Source: Candidatus Latescibacterota bacterium (GTDB lineage: Bacteria > Latescibacterota > UBA2968). Taken from it: a stretch of 64,000 nucleotides of DNA. This document shows, piece after piece, positions 58,491 to 64,000 of this stretch. Location of the stretch: the NCBI GenBank assembly GCA_965242535.1, contig OZ251458.1, positions 926,399-990,398 on the forward strand. Direction: 5' to 3'. The notes under the pieces were generated by a model. It was not told where the DNA came from and made no database searches. It saw only the letters and a program-made list of their open reading frames with translations. Position 1 is the stretch's first letter. Each line of letters starts with the position of its first letter. The position numbers and the translations under genes are program-made.

Positions 58491-60239
58491 AAACGCCTGT
58501 CCCAAACTGATGTGATATTGCAGGCGTTGCCCGGCAGTTGGGTCTTCTGACAGGCGGTAGGCGATATCGAGCCTGACCGGGCCAATGGGGCTCAAGTAGC
58601 GCAAGCCCGCGCCCGCCGCCCATTTCAGACCTCGGGGATCGAATGCCTCGATACCGGGATCGACATTGCCCGCGTCTAAAAAAATGGCCGTGCCCCAGGA
58701 AAAGAACACCTGTGTCCTGATCTCCGCGCTCAATTCCGCGCGGCTCAACCCGCCGGTGGGTTCGCCCCGTGCGTCTTTTGGCCCCAGCGCGTTCAACCGC
58801 CAGCCGCGCACGCTGTTTAGGCCGCCCGCAAAAAACCGCTCGACATTGGGCACGCCGCCCGGTTTGCCCAGTTCAAAAATCACGCCTCCTTGCACGCGCA
58901 ATGCCAACACACTCCGCCATGGGATGGGGCGAAACCATCGGCCCTCGGCAGTCGCCTGCAAGAACTCGCCATCGGCCCTGAAAAACCGCCCCCGTTCGCG
59001 CACGGTAAGCTGTGTGAGCGCGCCCGATTGCGGATCGAAAATATCGTCTCGCGTGTCCCAAAGCCATCTGACCTTGGCTTCGGCAAACGCGCTGTCCGCT
59101 GAAAAATCCACCACGCCACCGCTGAATTGCGCGATCAGATCGTGGGTCGCCGTGATATTTCGCTCCACGGACAGATTGCCGCCCACCTCGTCTTGGCGGA
59201 ACGCGGCTTGGCGTTCGCGCTGCACGAATCCACTGATATTCAAATAGTTGCGACTGTCGAGAAAATACGGCTGCCGCAGGCCCAGGTTCGCTTCTCGATT
59301 CTTTCCGGAAACGCGCCCGGACAACTGGAGTTGGCGCCCCCCCCCGGCAAAATTGCGATGGGCCAACGCGCCCGATGCCCAAAAATCTTCATCCGTATCG
59401 TATCCCGCGCCCAGGCGCAAAACCCGGAAGGGCCGCTCGGACACGCGCACGCGCACATCCACCCGATTCGCAACCGCGACGCTATCCGCGACGCCCAAAG
59501 CCACGGATCGAAACACGCCTGCGCGATAGAGTTGGCGCTGGCTGTTTTGCAAAGCCCGTTCCTCGAATCGCGCCCCGGCTTTGAAGGTCAACCCGCGCAG
59601 AATGACCCGCTCGGACACGGCATCGCTGCCGGATATGCGAATCGCGCGTATGCTGCACACCGGGCCGGGCGCGAGATGGAGAACGAGGTCGGCCCGATCT
59701 CGCAAAATCTCGGACTCGACCTCGCCGCGGGCAAACGCATAGCCCCTGTCGCGCAACGCGCTTAGAACTCGAGAAACGCTTTGGCCGATGAGCGCGCGCG
59801 ACAAGGGTTCGCCCTCGAGTTGTCCAAAGGCGTTCTCGACATCTTCACCGCCCACCACAGACGCGCTGGCAATGCGCGTTCGCGGCCCCTCTGAAATGCG
59901 GACATGGAGTTGAATCTCATCCGCGCTCAAGCGTTCTACCGCAGAATCGACCACAGTAGCCAAATATCCCCGGTTGCGATAATGCGTTCGCAAGCGTTCC
60001 AGATCCGCGGCAAACGAGACGGAATCGTACCTGCGCGCGTGGATATAGGGCAGAAAATCGTACCACGCCGAGGCGCGCGTGACCATCAGTGCCTTGAGTT
60101 CGCCCGTTGAAATCCCCCGATTGCCCGAAAGATCGAGCAACCTCACGATGGGCGGATCGGATGCGGTTTGGCCGTGTATTTGGATGGGCATCAAATACAA
60201 TGCGGCGAACCACACCGTTGAGAAATTGGCGTAACGCAT
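58488..60239 (-). CDS. tamA: Omp85-family outer membrane protein (TamA/BamA-like)
   Basis: POTRA-like N-region and a C-terminal beta-barrel ending ...YHISLGQAF (terminal Phe). ATG at 60239. Confidence 0.7.
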   Translation of the reverse strand: MRYANFSTVWFAALYLMPIQIHGQTASDPPIVRLLDLSGNRGISTGELKALMVTRASAWYDFLPYIHARRYDSVSFAADLERLRTHYRNRGYLATVVDSAVERLSADEIQLHVRISEGPRTRIASASVVGGEDVENAFGQLEGEPLSRALIGQSVSRVLSALRDRGYAFARGEVESEILRDRADLVLHLAPGPVCSIRAIRISGSDAVSERVILRGLTFKAGARFEERALQNSQRQLYRAGVFRSVALGVADSVAVANRVDVRVRVSERPFRVLRLGAGYDTDEDFWASGALAHRNFAGGGRQLQLSGRVSGKNREANLGLRQPYFLDSRNYLNISGFVQRERQAAFRQDEVGGNLSVERNITATHDLIAQFSGGVVDFSADSAFAEAKVRWLWDTRDDIFDPQSGALTQLTVRERGRFFRADGEFLQATAEGRWFRPIPWRSVLALRVQGGVIFELGKPGGVPNVERFFAGGLNSVRGWRLNALGPKDARGEPTGGLSRAELSAEIRTQVFFSWGTAIFLDAGNVDPGIEAFDPRGLKWAAGAGLRYLSPIGPVRLDIAYRLSEDPTAGQRLQYHISLGQAF

Positions 60240-60321
60240 TCTGTCACTTATGAAAAAACCCCACAAAATCGATTCATTCTGTGGGGTTAAAATGGCTTGG
60301 CGGGCGTGAGGACTCTGCGAA

Positions 60322-60663
60322 TCACCAAAGTTTGTCGATAATTTTCAAAAGAATCCCGGTCCCTAAAATCGCACCGATCAGCCATTTGAAGTCTTTGTAC
60401 ATCCGGTTGGACAAATCCTTGTGGTTTTGCCTCATCTCGCTAAGCGCGGCATCCACGCGGTTGGACAGATCTTTGTTGTCCTGTCTCAATTCGCTGAGCG
60501 TATTGTCCACGCGAGAAAGCAAAATCTCAAACTTGTCGTCCATCCGACCCGCCAAGTTGCGCTGATCTTGTTCCACATTGGAAACGCGCTGACCGATCTG
60601 TTTGGTCTCGCCTTCCAATTTGGCTTGTCGCTCCGCGAGTTTGGAAACTTCTCCTGCCATCAT
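60322..60663 (-). CDS. Small coiled-coil protein with C-terminal TM anchor (paralogue 3)
   Basis: Heptad-rich body and a KDFKWLIGAILGTGILLKII tail. ATG ATG at 60663 follows an AAGGAG ribosome-binding site. The tracked GTG start 9 codons upstream is less likely. Confidence 0.6.
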   Translation of the reverse strand: MMAGEVSKLAERQAKLEGETKQIGQRVSNVEQDQRNLAGRMDDKFEILLSRVDNTLSELRQDNKDLSNRVDAALSEMRQNHKDLSNRMYKDFKWLIGAILGTGILLKIIDKLW

Positions 60664-60789
60664 CCGCTCCTTTCCGTTGTCGTTGAACACGTCTCTCGTT
60701 TCGCAAATCTATCCCATTTTGCAGGCAATGGCAAGGGGAAAACGAGCGGGGATCCGCCCCTGCGTTACGGGATTACTGCGCGTGCAGGC

Positions 60790-60910
60790 GTAGCCAACGC
60801 ATCGAAGGCAACCCACGATGCTTTAGGGCCAAATGCTTTAGACAAGCGAGCAACTCAGGTACTGATTTGTACGTATCAAAATTGAGAATAACTTAATTTA
60901 CAGAGTAATC
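60790..60910 (+). repeat. MITE-like repeat copy E (3' fragment including the terminal inverted repeat TTAATTTACAGAGTA)
   Basis: Matches 15040-15127 of copy A. Confidence 0.75.
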
Positions 60911-61198
60911 AATATCGCAATAAAAAATGTCCGATGCAACGCGGGGTTGTGGCGAAATGCCATGGCCCCGTTTTTTTGTGAAAATATTTCTGTCATTTTG
61001 AAACCTTTAAGGGCAAGGCGTGTATCTAAGACCTAATAGAGAACAAAAAAGCAGGAGAGCAAAGGATGGACGATGCCCAACCCTGAAACTTTGTAAAAGC
61101 ACGATGCGTTTAAGGAATGTCCGAACTCCGAATTTGCAACGGGTTCAATCGGGACGAGGCATAATCCCCTGTCAGCACCCGCTTTGGGAGGGAATCTC

Positions 61199-62182
61199 AT
61201 GACCGCAAAATTGGACATGCCGACGACAATTCGCGCCGAGCCGAGTGGAGGTTTTCGCCGTGCTGTTGGACATGACCGCGAGCGCGACAAAAAAACCATG
61301 TCCTCGCATGATGCTGTCGGAGAACGGAAAGAACGGGTGGAAGATATGAAAACAGAAGCGCGGACCGGGCGCGATACTTCGATTCAGAGCTACCTGAAGG
61401 AGCTCCGCAAGTATCCGCCATTGAGTCGAGAAGAAGAACAAAAGACGCTGTGCCAGGCCAAGAAGGGCGATCGCGCGGCGACAGACAAAATCATCACGTC
61501 AAACTTGCGTTTTGTCGTCAGCGTCGCACTCGAGTACCAGGGACGAGGCGTACCCCTCGCCGATTTGATCGCCGAGGGCAATATCGGACTGATGGAAGCC
61601 CTCAAGCGATTCGATGAAAAGCGCGGGTTTAAGTTCATCAGCTATGCGGTTTGGTGGATTCGGCAGGGCATTCTCAACGCGCTCAAGCGCACATCGACCG
61701 TGGCGATGCCCGCAAATCGCCAGGAAGATATGGACCGCATGGCGCGACGCTGGGGGCAGATGAGCCAAGAGTTGGGCCGCGTGCCCACGCTGGACGAAGT
61801 CGCCAGCGATATGCAGATCAGCCCCGAGCGCGCAGAGCGAGCCTTGCGTTGCGTGCGTCCCGATCTGTCGCTCTCGATGCCCATAGATGCGGAAGGCGAG
61901 CAGTCGCTCATGGATTTGATCGAGGCCGATGTCGAGTGCCCCGATCAGTTGGTTATGGCACGCGATCAGTCCGAGTGGGTGTCCCGATCTCTCGCCGCGC
62001 TCGACCCGCGCGAAGCCGATGTCATTCGCGTCTATTTTGGCCTCGATGGCCATGAGCGCGAGAACCTCAGCGAAATCGGTCGCTCTTTGGGCCTGACCCG
62101 AGAACGCATTCGCCAGATCCGCAACCGCGCGCTGTGCAAACTCCAGCGATATTTTCGGCGCGAAATGCCGGAGGAGAGGTGA
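61199..62182 (+). CDS. Sigma-70 family RNA polymerase sigma factor (group 2/3-like)
   Basis: Region 2 (NLRFVVSVALEYQGRGVPLADLIAEGNIGLMEALKRFD...YAVWWIRQ) and region 4 HTH (LSEIGRSLGLTRERIRQIRNRAL). GGGAGGGAA ribosome-binding site. Confidence 0.8.
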   Translation: MTAKLDMPTTIRAEPSGGFRRAVGHDRERDKKTMSSHDAVGERKERVEDMKTEARTGRDTSIQSYLKELRKYPPLSREEEQKTLCQAKKGDRAATDKIITSNLRFVVSVALEYQGRGVPLADLIAEGNIGLMEALKRFDEKRGFKFISYAVWWIRQGILNALKRTSTVAMPANRQEDMDRMARRWGQMSQELGRVPTLDEVASDMQISPERAERALRCVRPDLSLSMPIDAEGEQSLMDLIEADVECPDQLVMARDQSEWVSRSLAALDPREADVIRVYFGLDGHERENLSEIGRSLGLTRERIRQIRNRALCKLQRYFRREMPEER

Positions 62183-62189
62183 GACGGGA

Positions 62190-62474
62190 GACGGGAGACG
62201 GGAGAGGGAAGAAGCCATCGCAATCGTAGGGACAGGCCCCCGTGCCTGTCCGAAGATACAAAGACGGGAGATGCCATCGCAATCGTAGGGACAGGCCCCT
62301 GTGCCTGTCCGAAGATACAAGAGGCGAGAGGTGGGAGACGGGAGAGGGAAGAGATGTGTAGATCGGATTGCGACGCGAAGCACAACGTCAGTAAAGGGAA
62401 AAACGATGGCGGATTGATCCGTGACCCGTTCCATTATTTGTAGGGACAGGCCCCCGTGCCTGTCCTTGCCCCAA
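62190..62474. repeat. Cluster of three REP-like hairpins (62226-62251, 62285-62310, 62449-62474) with GAAGATACAAG tails and (GGGAGAC)n
   Basis: Canonical family sequence repeated downstream of the sigma factor gene. Confidence 0.9.
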
Positions 62475-62845
62475 CCCCTGCGCGTTTCGATTCGTAGATG
62501 AACGGATCTGAAAAGCGACCGGTTGTACCCCGATCGCGAAGGCGGTCATGGTTTTGCCATGGCCGCCTTTGCTCGTTTCATTGCAGGCAGAGTGGAAGAT
62601 GTAGCAGGCGCGGGAATGTGAGGAGCAATCCGCGCTCATTCGCGAGCCAGACAAATCGCCGATGGCGTTTCCGTTTATCCCGATTTGTCCGTATCCTACC
62701 TTCCCTAAGAAGCTGTCCATACTACGCAAAAAAAAATAAAAGACCTGTGTAAAAGCCCAAAAAGAGTGAGATTAAAGTTGCCCGCAAAAACCCTCACACC
62801 CTCATCGATGGTCGCTTCTCACCTCTATTTTCCCTCGTCGTTTTC

Positions 62846-63661
62846 TCAAACTGTCAGCGTCACGAAATCCTTTTTTACAATCTCTTTTTCGTACGTATAG
62901 GACTGCGTTTCGATCAGTTCTCGCGTCTCGGGTGAAAGCCGCGCCAGTACGGAATCGGGAAATTCGTGGAGTTGGCGATGGTACTGCGGGCGGTAGCGCA
63001 AAATCAAAAATCGCCGGTCCCGATCCTTGGGGCGCCACGCCAGTGCCCCGTGCGTCATCAACTCGGTCAGCACCACGACATCGCCCGCCTTTGCCGTCAC
63101 ATTTGTCACGCCCAGGGGTACATCGCTTTCCAACCAACCATCGTTGAACACATCTGTAGGCCGCTTAAAATCGCTCTTGTGCGACCCCGGCACCAGCAAC
63201 AACCCACCATCTCCGGGCAACACGTCCGTCAGGTAGATAAACACCACCAGATCATCGCAGTAAATTTTCCCATCATCGCAACTGTACCGGCAGCTATACG
63301 GCCCAAAACTCTCGCGCGAACAATGCAGGCGATGCGCCGGATCTTTCGCCTTGTTGATCCGCACATCGCCGCTGTTGAGGCGCGGCCGTCTCCCGGACAC
63401 CTCCAGCACGATGGGCCAAAATGACCGGTGAAAGGTCAACGCCTCCAGTGCCTTGTCGAACGCAAAGGCGTATTTGTAGTGCGACCGATTCTTGTCAAAC
63501 GGCGACGCCGAACGCCCAAACGCCTCGGGCAATTCGTCTTGCGCGGCGTTCACATACCGATCCACAGCCTCTTGCGCGGCGTTCAACTCTGCGCGACTCA
63601 GGGCATGTTCCAAGTGCAAATACCCCATCGTGTCGAACAAATATCGTTGTGCATCTGTCAT
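62846..63661 (-). CDS. Phytanoyl-CoA dioxygenase (PhyH) family oxygenase
   Basis: PhyH-like HxD...H pattern (LVPGSHK). ATG at 63661. Confidence 0.65.
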   Translation of the reverse strand: MTDAQRYLFDTMGYLHLEHALSRAELNAAQEAVDRYVNAAQDELPEAFGRSASPFDKNRSHYKYAFAFDKALEALTFHRSFWPIVLEVSGRRPRLNSGDVRINKAKDPAHRLHCSRESFGPYSCRYSCDDGKIYCDDLVVFIYLTDVLPGDGGLLLVPGSHKSDFKRPTDVFNDGWLESDVPLGVTNVTAKAGDVVVLTELMTHGALAWRPKDRDRRFLILRYRPQYHRQLHEFPDSVLARLSPETRELIETQSYTYEKEIVKKDFVTLTV

Positions 63662-63739
63662 CGCAATGCCTCCAAAGATGAGCGGCATCAAACGCTCAAA
63701 TTATTCGCGTGTTCATACTTTTTGTCAACAGAGAAGACG

Positions 63740-63992
63740 CGAATGAGCATTTAAAAAAAGTAGGCGAGCGAAGTACAACTGCTCCAGCAGTTCAATCGCT
63801 TTTGTAGCAGGACGACATGAGACAGCCTACAAAGGGGGTTGCAAGATGAATATTGGTTGCGAAACGGACTTGCGCGCTGTGCGTGACAGCTTTCCTTGAG
63901 GGGGTTTTGAGATGGCACGTTTGGCGATGGCTTTTCTGAAGGACGGTGGAACAGCAAAGCGACCCGATAATGAATTAGTTGGTACAGATGGA
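63740..63992 (-). repeat. MITE-like repeat copy F (reverse orientation, 5' part; terminus ...GGTACAGATGG)
   Basis: Reverse complement of the 23907-24100 modules of copy B. Confidence 0.75.
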
Positions 63993-64000
63993 TCCCGTGC

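Noticed and set aside
55549-58515. 988-aa plus-strand ORF
   Set aside because: Antisense to tamB. Arg/Pro/His-rich nonsense translation. TamB has the membrane anchor and DUF490-like C-terminus.

Overview
The window is GC-rich bacterial chromosome (about 60% GC by eye), densely coding on both strands. It is mostly housekeeping and metabolic genes, interrupted by several low-GC or repeat-rich accessory insertions.

Core genes recognised from motifs:
- a 5'-truncated MiaB/MtaB radical-SAM methylthiotransferase and a squalene/phytoene-synthase-like gene
- a large polytopic membrane protein, an iron-containing alcohol dehydrogenase and a LarA-like protein
- heme A synthase (ctaA) overlapping a UxuA-like sugar enzyme gene
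- tRNA-Leu(CAG)
- two MFS transporters
- a DSD1-type PLP enzyme and a lactate/malate dehydrogenase
- a TPR protein, a 4-oxalocrotonate tautomerase and a dockerin plus YVTN beta-propeller protein
- four phytanoyl-CoA dioxygenase paralogues and a TauD-like dioxygenase
- a DegT aminotransferase, an aldo/keto reductase and a PL10-like pectate lyase
- an RluA-family pseudouridine synthase, psd, rimO, folA and thyA
- a Gfo/Idh/MocA oxidoreductase
- 2-oxoglutarate:ferredoxin oxidoreductase korA and korB, where korB carries a fused C-terminal CBS pair and a separate CBS-pair gene sits upstream
- a DUF1015-like gene, a sulfatase and a Nudix hydrolase
- a SelA-like PLP enzyme and a cytidylate-kinase-like protein
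- gdhA, tamB, a tamA/Omp85 gene and a sigma-70 family factor

Accessory and repeat content:
- A compact two-gene ABC-ATPase plus Toprim/DUF4435-like cassette sits on the minus strand. Its architecture matches PARIS AriA/AriB. It has lower GC than its neighbours and is bracketed by a perfect 41-bp direct repeat that is itself a terminator-like hairpin.
- A strongly AT-rich 2.3-kb island carries a DNA methyltransferase and a nuclease with an N-terminal PUA/EVE-like fold and a C-terminal PD-(D/E)xK motif.
- An IS110-family transposase is inserted inside a REP-like repeat tract. It has a roughly 250-nt structured upstream non-coding region that could be a bridge RNA.
- There are at least 13 copies of a REP-like composite element. 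Each is a GTAGGGACAGGCCCCCGTGCCTGTCC hairpin followed by a GAAGATACAAG tail and GGGAGAC-type short tandem repeats.
- Six copies of a 350-600 bp MITE-like element with terminal inverted repeats and an internal perfect hairpin are present.
- Three paralogous small proteins share a coiled coil followed by a C-terminal membrane anchor.

No rRNA or CRISPR array was seen. Likely taxon by gene content (sulfatase, many phytanoyl-CoA dioxygenases, dockerin/YVTN, PL10, cytidylate-kinase-like) is Planctomycetota/Verrucomicrobiota-like, but this is an inference only.
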